A stretch of 63,995 bases of DNA, filler included, from Basidiobolus ranarum (taxonomy: Eukaryota), in NCBI GenBank assembly GCA_040143965.1. It is 3 parts of 3 records of this genome, joined end to end, with 100 filler letters (N's around TTAATTAATTAA, not from the genome) between each part and the next. Parts side by side here need not be neighbours in the genome. Positions count along the whole stretch, not along the records: positions 23,211 to 46,273 come from JASJQH010007050.1; 2 more parts are not named here. One strand, 5' to 3'. The notes below the pieces were generated by a model, which worked only from the letters and a program-made list of their open reading frames with translations, had not been told where the DNA came from and searched no databases. This document shows, piece after piece, positions 26,801 to 37,770 of the stretch; position 1 is the stretch's first letter; each line of letters starts with the position of its first letter. The position numbers and the translations under genes are program-made.

Positions 26801-27836
26801 ACTACAAAGGAGATCTCTCTTCAGGGTTATTTAGAGCAGGTGGTCACTATTTCGTGTACCTTTACTTGTAGATGTCACCCGCCAACCTGCGAATTGTTCT
26901 TTGGGCATAGCTTGCATTCATCAGCGGATAGCCGTTTGTGTATGGGTATAACGTGTCTAACAGCTACGTTAGTGGTGATCTTAGGTTGGGGATTGGGCAA
27001 TTGACTCATCATTGAAACGGTGATCATGATTAATCATGATCGTTCCGAGTCATATCACAACACCTCTGCTTTCAGGGTAGATTTGTTCTCGCTCTGCACC
27101 AGTTGGAAGGTTTCTCCCAATCATGCCTCTTGTAACTGGAATTGATCATTTACAGACTCACATCAATGAAGCACGCAATTAACCTGGCACATACCTCATA
27201 TTCTATTCATCCCACGTAACGTTCATACTCTCTATCCATATCAGGTTGTGGTGACAGAACCATAACGAAGCCGACCACTCCTTGTCCTTGGCTGGAGTCT
27301 ACCAGGAGCTGAGTGGTATGATCAAGAGGGTCTAAGAGGATTATATTTTCGAGTCGATTTGTCATGAGCAACCTCGATTAAACCATGTTATGCATAATGC
27401 TGAATTTGTTTCGTCATGAACGCTTGCTTTTTAATTTAATATGCTTTATATTCGCTTGTATATCGTCTAGATCCCGTTGGAATCAGAACCGATGTTACTA
27501 TTATGGTAATGGTCACCCAAAGTTTCTCAAGTTTCCTATCCATATTAACCTCAATTCCTCTTTGAATGGTTGGTAACACGTGAAATCTTCTAATACTGGC
27601 AATATTTATATGCTTAATTTACACTGGACGATCTTGAGTTCGTTTTTTTCCGTTTATTCAATTTGATAAATATACAATTAGTATATGTGTATATATATAT
27701 ATATTTATGTGAAATAAGGTATTCAATGGTTCTTATATACAGGAACATTTACAGTGGTTATCAAGTATAAACAGGGATAGAATGTTCCAAGCCCAATCCA
27801 CTCTTGTAAAGCGAGGTAAGCAAGGAATAGAATGCA

Positions 27837-28811
27837 TCAAGCAGTAGATCGAACCATTCCATAAGAAGGGGGAAGAGAACGGGAATACTCAGTCTCCTCA
27901 TATCGAGGTAGTGGCTCACTCAAGAGGAGTTCGTGTTCGTTCATGAAATTAACTGGGAAACTGACAGTAATAGATTTCTTCTGTCCGCGACATTCGACAT
28001 AGATCTTCACTTCAAGTTTATGCTTAGCACAGATCATGTCGCTAGTCACGTCTGGTTGTAAGTTACTGGGCATATTTAAATGAACTAGTTTGGTGTTGGA
28101 AGGACCGTTGTGGGGGTTACATAGGAGTGGTATACGTTTACGTTCAATTTTCGTTTGATTGGTTTTTGGATCAACATAGCGAACAATTTCGCATAGTGTA
28201 TGCGAGTACTTCTCAATCTTTATACCACTCTTGACGGGTCGGAAGGTGTATTCAATGGGAACGCTTTCACCAAGGCTAATTTGTTTCTTCATGAAGATAT
28301 CGTATCCCATAACATGCTCCCATACCTTAGAGATAGCGATGGAAGGATCCACTTCGTCCGATTCTTCGGAAAGTCGAGAGATGGTAATAGGCTTAGTGGC
28401 CATAATGTTAGTAGATAGGTGTCTCTTAGCCATAAGTACTAATTTATACTTGATATCGAAGTAATTGGAATGCACGGTTTCGGGAAGGTGGTTGCTAACG
28501 GGAAGCTCAAAGTCGAACATGTGGGTGCCAGCGGTCAACATATACGAATCTTTGTAGGATTTGAAAAAGCTCATGCTTATGTCAGCCAACTTATGTCGAC
28601 TGAGGTTTTTGAATGTATGAGGTTTCCAATTGACATTGGAAAGTTCGGCGTGGCCTTTCAAGTGCAGTGAAAGGGAGCATAATTTGGTAGGCTTCTCAAG
28701 GTGAAGGGCCACTTTGCCACGAAGTATGGTTGTTTCCTGGGCTGAACTACCAGCAAGGATGAATGGATCTTGTGAGGGGTAGATATCGAGGCGGATCTTT
28801 TTATCAGTCAT
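27837..28811 (-). CDS. Alpha-arrestin (ART-like ubiquitin-ligase adaptor), single exon
   Basis: Arrestin_N pattern (LRGKVALHL, LTAGTHMFDFEL...LPET, IKYKL), Arrestin_C pattern (GESVPI, KHKLEV) and C-terminal PY motifs LPRY and PPSY. Confidence 0.88.
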   Translation of the reverse strand: MTDKKIRLDIYPSQDPFILAGSSAQETTILRGKVALHLEKPTKLCSLSLHLKGHAELSNVNWKPHTFKNLSRHKLADISMSFFKSYKDSYMLTAGTHMFDFELPVSNHLPETVHSNYFDIKYKLVLMAKRHLSTNIMATKPITISRLSEESDEVDPSIAISKVWEHVMGYDIFMKKQISLGESVPIEYTFRPVKSGIKIEKYSHTLCEIVRYVDPKTNQTKIERKRIPLLCNPHNGPSNTKLVHLNMPSNLQPDVTSDMICAKHKLEVKIYVECRGQKKSITVSFPVNFMNEHELLLSEPLPRYEETEYSRSLPPSYGMVRSTA

Positions 28812-31732
28812 GGACGGAAGATACGTGGTAGCGCTTTAAAGCGATTAATAAAACAAAGTACAGGCGAATGTTTACAAAATATTGTTAGTTGTGGGGATCG
28901 GTATACGGACAAGTTTCTTTTATAGCAAGCGGATTATTCCAAATCTAGAGCTGTATCCCATTCAAGATCAAGAAACTGGACCGGGGTTTAAGCCTTGAAA
29001 GCCACGATGATAATATCGGAAGAACGAAAATAAATTCAGTCTAATCAAGTAATTCAATGACCACGATTGACTCGACTGTTAATTATTAATCTAACATAAT
29101 TCGTCGAAAATATATCAAGATCCCATAGAGTAGAACTATTTCAAAATTCTCAGCGGATTGTTTTGTTGGGCTAGAAATGGCAAGTATTTTATCCTACACA
29201 TCACCACAAGTGGTAAGGGTAGTTTATCAGCTGAGCTTTAAAGGAGACTTCAAAGGACTCTACTGATTTCAAACTAGTTATTCTCTCTTTTTCCTTAAAC
29301 AGACCTACCAAAAGCGATTTACTGTTGTCGTGCAGAGAAAAATAGGCAAGTGATACTGTTAAACCCCCATGCAGAAGTGCCGCCAAATACCATTTCATTC
29401 CTGTGATACCTACACTGACACTGTTTGCTGAAACTTTAATGAAAGATCCAGAAAGTGCTAGGTGACTGATTCAGCGCGTAGGTATACAAACGGCAATAAA
29501 CCACAGTGGCTGGAATTTACAGAGTTTATCAGAATACTTGAAAACTGGACATTCTCTATGGCTTCAACAAGTAATGCAGCGTCCATAGAAAAGATCAACC
29601 TATCCATTGACATAACGTGCAAGCAACCTCTTCACTCGTCAAGTCGCCGGTTGATTACCTGCATTACCAGGATATTGGCCCAGGTAAGTTGTAAATTTAC
29701 CGTATTCCATATGTGGTAGTGGTGAAACAACATACTATATTTAAATGGCTTCTAAATTACTCACATCCGAAAATCCCAAAATATCCATTTCCCGAATTCA
29801 ATAATGCACCAATTGAGTGAGAAAATCAATCGGCATTTGTAAAAATGACAGTATGGCAATTATATGATATTTCTACTTCCCTGGATCATGATGGTCTGCT
29901 CTAGAAGCACTGGGAGTGCCAATTAATTAGCGCTTCAGCAGATCCAGACGGCAAATCACTCTGCCATGGACTCAGGGAACCAGCAGCCCCTACATTCTAA
30001 TATCCACTTGAGACCGCCATTATGCTGCGGAAGGTCATTCTCTTCAGATCATTAAGGTCACATTGTATTTCTCATGGTACTAAATCCCAATCTGAGACCT
30101 TTGACTAAATAATCGGATTGGTGAAGAAGTAAAGAACGCAAAGAGACCGAACATCGTCTCACCACATTAGTAATCTACACTTGAGGAGAGCGCAGAGCTT
30201 ATTCCTAAAATAGAATGGCACCAGGTTTCAAGCGGTGAGATTGTTGTTGGGATCTATTAATAGAATCCGTAGAGTGTGCAGTAAGAGAGGAGGCTACAAG
30301 CTTTTCGGCAGATCTTGATTGACTTCCATATATACACTACAAGATCATACTAGAGGCTTGGAGGTGCAAGCTGCAGATTGTTGAAGTTTCGGCTGTATTG
30401 GATGTGTTATCCTATAATCCAGCTCTATACTGATGATTCAACAATTGCTAAAACTTGTTGGTTGACAATCACACACATCGGCAACAGTCAGTAGCCGTTC
30501 TGAAATATCTCCGATTCTTCTCCAAATTAACCCTGGAGTCCTTGAATTATTGCCCATATTAGGTATGGTTGAGGGAGCCAACGATGGCTAATTCAAATAA
30601 GATCCTGTTATTTGACGGTTAGTAATGAAATCATTTGATCACAAAGCGATATAGCTCGAGAACAAAGGTGCCAAGCATCATGATATGGTTAGGTTGGCGA
30701 CAATGGGTGTTGTTCGTCATCTGCTGTGTGTTTTGCCTCTATGATATATGCCGATTAATGATGAGACCAATCTGCTCTGTACGATTGATTCCTAATCTGC
30801 GCTAGGATTGGGTTGCTACATTGCTTATCAATATGACTAATAACATTATTTTAATATTGCATTAGTGGAAAAACGTTTCTAAATATGTCTATGTGACTTG
30901 AATCAGCGAGTGAGGGTTAGAGTACTATCATTTTACAAGACCTGGGGCGAATTTATATATTTTCGGCACTTTGCTTCAGGGTTGTTGGTATGCGGAGGCT
31001 ATCGTATGCTAATGTGAGAGATGAGCTATTAGCTCAAGTGTATTTGTGTTCAATTTGTAGCAAGTATCTATAATTCATGTTTTTGTATGTCCATATCAAT
31101 CACTATACTGGCCATCAATCCTACCAATTGAAGTAATTCTGATGACTGTGTTCACTGAAACTTGTTAGAATACCTTAGCATCAACTCAAGTTGCTGTGCT
31201 GGTAAAGGAGTTACTCTTCATGAGAATATATAGACAAATGATTTAATCTACAATTATTGCTGCTCCAGTTCAACAGTTCACATGAGGCTTACAAGCCCCT
31301 GTTATATCTCTATATTTCAAACAAACTAGTCCCCTCACATATATACTTCTCCAATATGTATCGTTAGCAGGGCCATATACTAATATTTTTGTGATATTGA
31401 TACCAGTCAGTATTTATGTGTGCAACACTATAGAATTTACTTACCGTTTGTCCTAAGCTTGAATAGCATCGAGAAGTTAAAAATGGAGTGCATGTTTGGA
31501 ATCGTCTACAAGACAACCTCGCTCAGAATTCCTCCAAGTTTGGCACTAGATTTTTGAGCACTCTTGAAGTGTAACACTATGGTTACTCCTAAAGGTCAAT
31601 ACAATGTCAATAATGCACTATACATAATTGGTCCTTTGATACATGAGTATCCTCAATATTCCTCATTACTCGAGTTTATTCAATTTTACCATCAAGGAAT
31701 GGATCTATATCATAAGTATATAAATTGGGATT

Positions 31733-32406
31733 CAACTTATTGAAATTAGCATAGCCTAAACACCTATATAGTCATATATGCTGAAATAAGCAAGGCCTAA
31801 ACATCTATATAGTCATATATAGCTTAGTATTTAGTTATCCTTTATTGGACTTAGGTATTATCACCCATTATTCTCAATTGGAACTTGCTTAGAAGTTCTC
31901 AGATGTATAGATTTTTCAAACTTGTGCTAGAAGTCCCAAATTTTGTACACATATTTCTGGGACTTTCCTTAACACATTCTTTACGTCAGCTTGCTTATAT
32001 CTTGACAAAACTATAAATGTCAACTTTCTACTCAATAAATCAATAAGTGAAAACCACCAACTCTTCTATTTCAAAAAGCCACTTTCAACAAACTCCCAAA
32101 ATACTTTAACACAATTCTGTCAAATATTTAGTAAGTAACATGAGCAAAAGATTGAATGACATCCCACTTTCTTTTCCATTCCAGATCTTGAGGTATTTTG
32201 AGAGTTGATGAAGTGATTTGGATAACTAGAAGAATTGGTGGTTTTCACTGACTGATTTATTGAGTGCAAGTTGACATTTATACTCCCAAATTACTTCAAC
32301 ACTTCCCAGTAAATTCCGAGTGAAGACATTGAATGATATCAGTGAAATTTAGGTAGCTAGCTATATGACTATATAGATGCTTAGGCTATATCATTTTCAA
32401 CAGTTG
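31733..32406. mobile_element. Non-coding fold-back/MITE-like element with nested inverted repeats
   Basis: Outer arms ~31733-31779 (caacttattgaaattagcatagcctaaacacctatatagtcatat) and ~32363-32406 (atatgactatatagatgcttaggctatatcattttcaacagttg). Inner arms 32012-32105 and 32191-32282. A second copy lies at 1-255. No ORF and no clear target-site duplication. Confidence 0.7.
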
Positions 32407-33892
32407 CGAGGAAGCTATTATAAGCTTGTTTGTTGAAATGGTGACTGGCGATGACTTTTCTGGTGTTGAGAGTTGTGGATGAGCAGATTATACTTACTCA
32501 GCTAAGCTCACTTGTATATAAAGCTATGATATCAGTGAAGAGACCAACCAGTTAAATCTATAAGATGTTTCTCATTGAAAGTCTTAATTTTATCGACTAG
32601 AATAATCTGGATCGAGTATAAAGTTAAAGGCTTCTCTCTCAGCTGTGCTTACATCGACCGTTTGATGGGATGCTAATGAAGGCAGAATGCAACCCAGGGT
32701 GAATACATATTAATATGTGAAGTGATTGACCATAGAATGAGCTTAGAATTACATAAAGATCACTAACTCTCAAATTCAATGAAATCAAATAACCCCCTAG
32801 TTAATAATGACGAGATACTGACGTCATGGTGGCAAGAATATCATCCAGTTCTTGTACAGATCTTATTCATGAAGTATACCAGAAATACACAGGTATATGG
32901 AGTACATATCATGTATTGCCAGTATCCAGATATTAAAAGTAGAAATCGCAAGTATTTAAGTCATTTCCCTTTTTTGGCTAATATCCTCTGTATGTTTACA
33001 AATGCACTCTCTTTGTTTAGTACTCTATCGACATAGGCTCTCATTTTTTATCTTGGCACGATTGGAGAATTGTTACCACACGAAGAGCAATTCCAGTCAA
33101 AAAGATAACATACTAGGTATAAGCGTGTATATTGGGAGTACTTCCAAGGAACAGGAATAACAACTCCGTGAAAGAAGGATCAGTAATAAATGGTTTTATT
33201 AAGTAAAGAATAAACTAAATAAACAAGCAATCTGCACAGTGAATCTTCATTATGGTTTTCCCCTTGGAGAGACCCATGATATGCTGGAGGCCTATATGTA
33301 GTTGGCACATTAAAATTTCAAGATGAGTAAAGTTGATGGCCGCCACAAGGGTAATTTGAGCAGAAAAATTGATTCTAAAGTAAGGTTGATCAATGGTTTT
33401 GGGTACTAAAATTCATGCAGGGCTGGGGTGGGAAACTAGTTTTCTAGATCCTGACAGCTATCTGGATCCCAAGCTATGGGGTCGGTAGGTCTATGGTGTG
33501 AAATGAGCAAAGCCCGTAATCACAATGGCCATGTTGTCATATTCATCAAAGAATAAAAGATGTGGCTAATAGGTAATTGAATTTCCATTCTAGCTCTTGA
33601 TTAACTTGACTTGTTTTTAGTTAGAAGTCCTTCTGAAAGTACGACTGGAGTTGATTCACAATCTGGTTGCATTGATGACGCCCCGTACATATTATAAGGA
33701 GTCGTGGAGTGAAAGGGTGTGAAGGGAGTGAACACAGGTACATGAAAAGAGAAACAAGTCAAAACCAGTTATCATGGGTCTGAGTTTTTTATCTACATAT
33801 AAGACTCGTACAACCCAAAAAAATGAATAACTATCGCCTTCCTGCCATCCCAATCCAATCCCTACGAAGGCTATCACATTAACCACCAAGTC

Positions 33893-34483
33893 ATGCCTAG
33901 CATCCCCAGTTCTTGCAACGCATTCCTAGTTAAGCAAGGGGTGTTTAAAGGATTTTATGAGCTTCGAAACTCAGCGACCGAGGAGCTTCTCTATACCAAG
34001 CAGCGGTACATGGACAATTCTGGCAGAGATCTTCTTACTAAGGTTGAAGGTAAGGCTGTAGCCTGGCGAAGCATCAGTAGCTTGAACTGCACTAGATTAG
34101 AAGACCAACTTGGAAATCAGAGCCCAATCTCTATGCAGTGGGCTCCCAATAATGAGCGATGTGAGTTTTCAGTAGACAATAGAGATTACCATTGGACTTT
34201 GAATGGATCCACCGCCCAATGCTATATTCAGGATGGCTCCTTGGTAGCTCAAATAAATACCGTGTTGTTTTATAGTCGGAAATCATTTACCATCGACCTC
34301 TACGAAGACACACTTGATCGTGGACTACTTGCCATGATTGCGTTGAAGATACTTGATAGATTGCTTTACAAAACTATGCTAGACGACCCTGTAAATAGAT
34401 CTGATAAAAACTCGTCCACTTGCTCTCTTAGAACCACTTTTTCTGAGACCTCGGCCGGATCTACCACGGCCTTTATTAAGTAG
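33893..34483 (+). CDS. Hypothetical protein, probable tubby-C/LURP-one/scramblase-like fold
   Basis: 196-aa ATG ORF with TATA-like TATAAG at ~33798. Alternating short beta-strands (FYELRN, LLYT, EFSVDNRDYHW, LVAQI, FTIDL) end in one hydrophobic helix (GLLAMIALKIL). The fold assignment is by pattern only. Confidence 0.6.
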   Translation: MPSIPSSCNAFLVKQGVFKGFYELRNSATEELLYTKQRYMDNSGRDLLTKVEGKAVAWRSISSLNCTRLEDQLGNQSPISMQWAPNNERCEFSVDNRDYHWTLNGSTAQCYIQDGSLVAQINTVLFYSRKSFTIDLYEDTLDRGLLAMIALKILDRLLYKTMLDDPVNRSDKNSSTCSLRTTFSETSAGSTTAFIK

Positions 34484-34879
34484 CTATGTTCTTACCTATC
34501 GACTCTTCTGGTGTCACTTCGGCACCCACTTCATTAATATACACTTATTATCAGCTCAACTCATACAAATAGACATAGAACAAATATACATAGAACCAGA
34601 AGAAGGCACTAGAGCTTTCCACTTGCTGTATGTTCAGGAATTTGAGTATTTTGCAGTATTGTCCCTAAATTGGAAATAAAAGTACATATCTCAGGAGCCT
34701 GGTCATTGTTTCACCCGAGATTCATTCCTATGTCTGTTATCTACTCATTAGTTCAAGACATTGGGCAATCACACCTCTATGAATCTTTAGAACATCATGA
34801 CTATTGTAGATCTAACACGTCACATTGGCCCTTGATTTGTTTGCTTGCTTGATCCTTGAAACAAATTGGCTAAATATCA

Positions 34880-34899
34880 CACATGTGCAGTCACGTGAC
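34880..34899. promoter_or_regulatory. Two adjacent palindromic E-boxes upstream of the Pof1-like gene
   Basis: CACATGTG (34880-34887) and GTCACGTGAC (34890-34899), about 60 nt before the ATG at 34961. Confidence 0.4.
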
Positions 34900-34960
34900 A
34901 AGAACTAATGTCAACAGTATTCATCATCATATGTCTACCACCACAGGTTACAGATAAACC

Positions 34961-35743
34961 ATGTCACTTACCACTAGCCGTAACCGGCTGACTGAGCTTT
35001 TAAAAAGTCTAGCAAAAGAAAGTTCATCCTGCCTCAAGTTAACTTACAAAACCAGCGAAAACTGGTTACCGGCAAGAAACGCCCGAATCGTTGTGCTTGA
35101 TTCTTCTTTTAATCCACCCACCAGAGCTCATCTTCAACTTATTTATGAATCTTTAAAGCTAAAACCCAGTTTTGATGCTTGTTTACTTCTCATCGCCACC
35201 AATAACGCTGATAAAACACTCAGCGGCGCCTCACTCGAGCAACGGTTAGAGATGATGCAGATTTTAGCAACCCATCTTCAAGAGCATAGCTCCAATCCCG
35301 GCGCAAGTAACGTAGCTGTAGGTGTTGTTAATAAAGGTATCTTCTCTGAGAAAGTGGCTGCTTTGAAAGCCACCTTTGCTTCTAACGATAGTCGGTTCTA
35401 TTTTGTTACTGGTTTCGATACAGTAATACGTATTTTCGATTCAAAATACTACAAAACCCCTGTAGTAGAGGCTCTCTCACCAATTTTTGACACTGGTGGA
35501 ATCGTATGTGCCAACAGAACTGGTTTTGATCCAGAGCTTGTTAAAGAATTTTACGAATCAGAAGCAGTCAGGCATTTCAGTGAGCATACACATCAGATAG
35601 AGTTGAATGAAGAAATTGCGGGTTTGTCATCAACGAAAGCACGAAACGTGATAGAAACCAAAGCGTCTCGAACTGAGTTGGAGAAAATAGTCATACCCGA
35701 AATTGCTGAATACTTGATTCAAGAGCAATTATACATCAAATAA
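34961..35743 (+). CDS. POF1: Pof1-like nucleotidyltransferase (NMN adenylyltransferase/cytidylyltransferase fold), single exon
   Basis: VLDSSFNPPTRAH, NNADK, LEQRLEMM, FVTGFDTVIRIFDSKYY, LSSTKAR and YLIQEQLY. Confidence 0.85.
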   Translation: MSLTTSRNRLTELLKSLAKESSSCLKLTYKTSENWLPARNARIVVLDSSFNPPTRAHLQLIYESLKLKPSFDACLLLIATNNADKTLSGASLEQRLEMMQILATHLQEHSSNPGASNVAVGVVNKGIFSEKVAALKATFASNDSRFYFVTGFDTVIRIFDSKYYKTPVVEALSPIFDTGGIVCANRTGFDPELVKEFYESEAVRHFSEHTHQIELNEEIAGLSSTKARNVIETKASRTELEKIVIPEIAEYLIQEQLYIK

Positions 35744-37770
35744 GTTTGTTTGGCACTGGGCAACCATTTGGACATGTCTAACGTGGCAGATGTAAAAATA
35801 TTTGACTGCCAAGTAATGTCTAAATAAAAAAGCCAATGACAAGAACGATTTTTCCTGATTATATTAAATTTAATCAAGAAGCGTGGATTGTGTGAGTCCG
35901 CGTAAGCGTCCGGGATTAGATATGATTCTTAAGGGAGTATTGTATTGAGGTAGGGGTTACTGTATCTCCTTGAATCATTGCAAGTTGCCTCCCTCCGTTA
36001 CGGTAGACCTGGGGCAACTAAGCTAACCAGTACTGGACTGATAAAATATCCCCAATTTTATTCGTCAACCACTACTATCAAAGCTGAATTGTTGTGCAAC
36101 TTGGATAGATCAATGATGTTGTCTAACTTCAAAGCATAGCTCAAACGTGAAAATAACTGATTTCTGAAGTGAAATATATAGAATCCCAGTATCCGGCCAG
36201 CAGATATTCGAATTTATCTCCATGATCAATCAATTTATTGCCAATTATGACTTATGTGACCTAGCCTTATATCCTATTTTCTCAGATGGAAGGTCTTAAG
36301 GTGCACCACAGCTTTACATCCATGAATGAACTCACGGTTACCTTATGGAAGCCTCCAACATTCTAAAGTTGACTCAATCTGACATCCTGAGTCCAAACCG
36401 GTAGCTATTTCTAAGAACCTACGCATGCATGGGTTCTGAATTTCCCCACCACCGTCTCTAGCCAATATTGAAAGACTATTGGAGCGTGTAACAATGCTTC
36501 AGTTTTCGTCGAGCCCTTACTACTAGAACGGAACCCCATCGCCATCTAGATTTTACCAAGAGTTACATCACAAGATCGCATTGACAGGATTCTAAAACCT
36601 TGCATTATCTAGACATCCCTTCGTCAGGATGATTCTTTTGCATGCTATAGCGATTCATGATAATACATACTTTCATGTAATCTACCAATTTGGTAATTCA
36701 ATGCTGCTTTGTTTATCTTTAACTGGTCTATCTCAACACGAAGGTCTGGTTTGGTTGTGTTTTTTTGGTTCTGGTTGAAATATATCCTGATATCTAGCCT
36801 ATTACTTGTGTAATTAGATTGATGAGTTGGTTTGAAAAATCCTTGATTGTGAAGCAGGGTCCTAGGGATTGTTATGGGGCCTGGGGTTCGCCACTTGAAT
36901 TAGCAATCAGTGTTCAAAGCAAAAAAGGAATGTAAAATAACATTGGATGACGGAGCTATCTTCCAAGGCGAGAAAGCACAAAGGAAAGAGTTTATAGGAG
37001 AAAATGCTTACATTGCGAGGTTTAATCATTCCTGACAACATTTGGATGATGTTGATAGACTTGTGTGTAATCTCACTGATAAATGGAATTGTTTTTCACA
37101 TCGAGATATATAGTGAAATAGTTAGCAATACTGAGATGCAACAGTAATGATATTCTTTCATTGTCCTTACAACTTTAGATATCTGCCTGCTTGCTCATGT
37201 TCTGTATGGCTTGTCTTTAACAGAAATAACACTGCTCATTTGCAGTATATATAATACCAGTTTCAAAATCATAGTGGTTTGCTGGGCAACTAACTATGAT
37301 GTCTTTGAATGTCAAGATCATTCATCCATATAAACTGTAATCCCTATCATTGTTTTAAAAGTTTGAGCAGTGAAGCAGCCCATCTTGGGATGATGGCATC
37401 ATTTGTAGTAGTGTTCAATTAGCTACAAAACATACTCATTTTCAGACTTCAAAAGTAGCCTAAACATTATGCCTTTAATCAGTTCCAAAATTAACAAGTT
37501 AAACTTCATACTCAATACTTGTTAAAGAAGGCGGGTAAGAAACATAGATAAAATCACTAAACTGTGTGCTTATCAATGTAATGCGTGAATCAAGTATTCC
37601 ATATGTATAAAGAAGGTGTGATAACAGATGTTGTTTAGAAATAAGGTACAATTAGGGAAAGATTCTCAAAAGAATTCTTCAAATGCAAATTTACCGGCAT
37701 ATCAAGCTGAAAAGTAAATTTAGTTAGACTGTATTGGGACTACGTTACTGCGAAATTCAATGCTTACCTT

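Noticed and set aside
27022..27041. Perfect 20-nt palindrome GATCATGATTAATCATGATC (also CTTAAGGCT-T-AGCCTTAAG at 26357-26375)
   Set aside because: Isolated, far from a gene start, and of a length that can arise by chance in 64 kb of AT-rich DNA.
27682..27708. Short (TA)n tract
   Set aside because: Ordinary microsatellite downstream of the arrestin gene.
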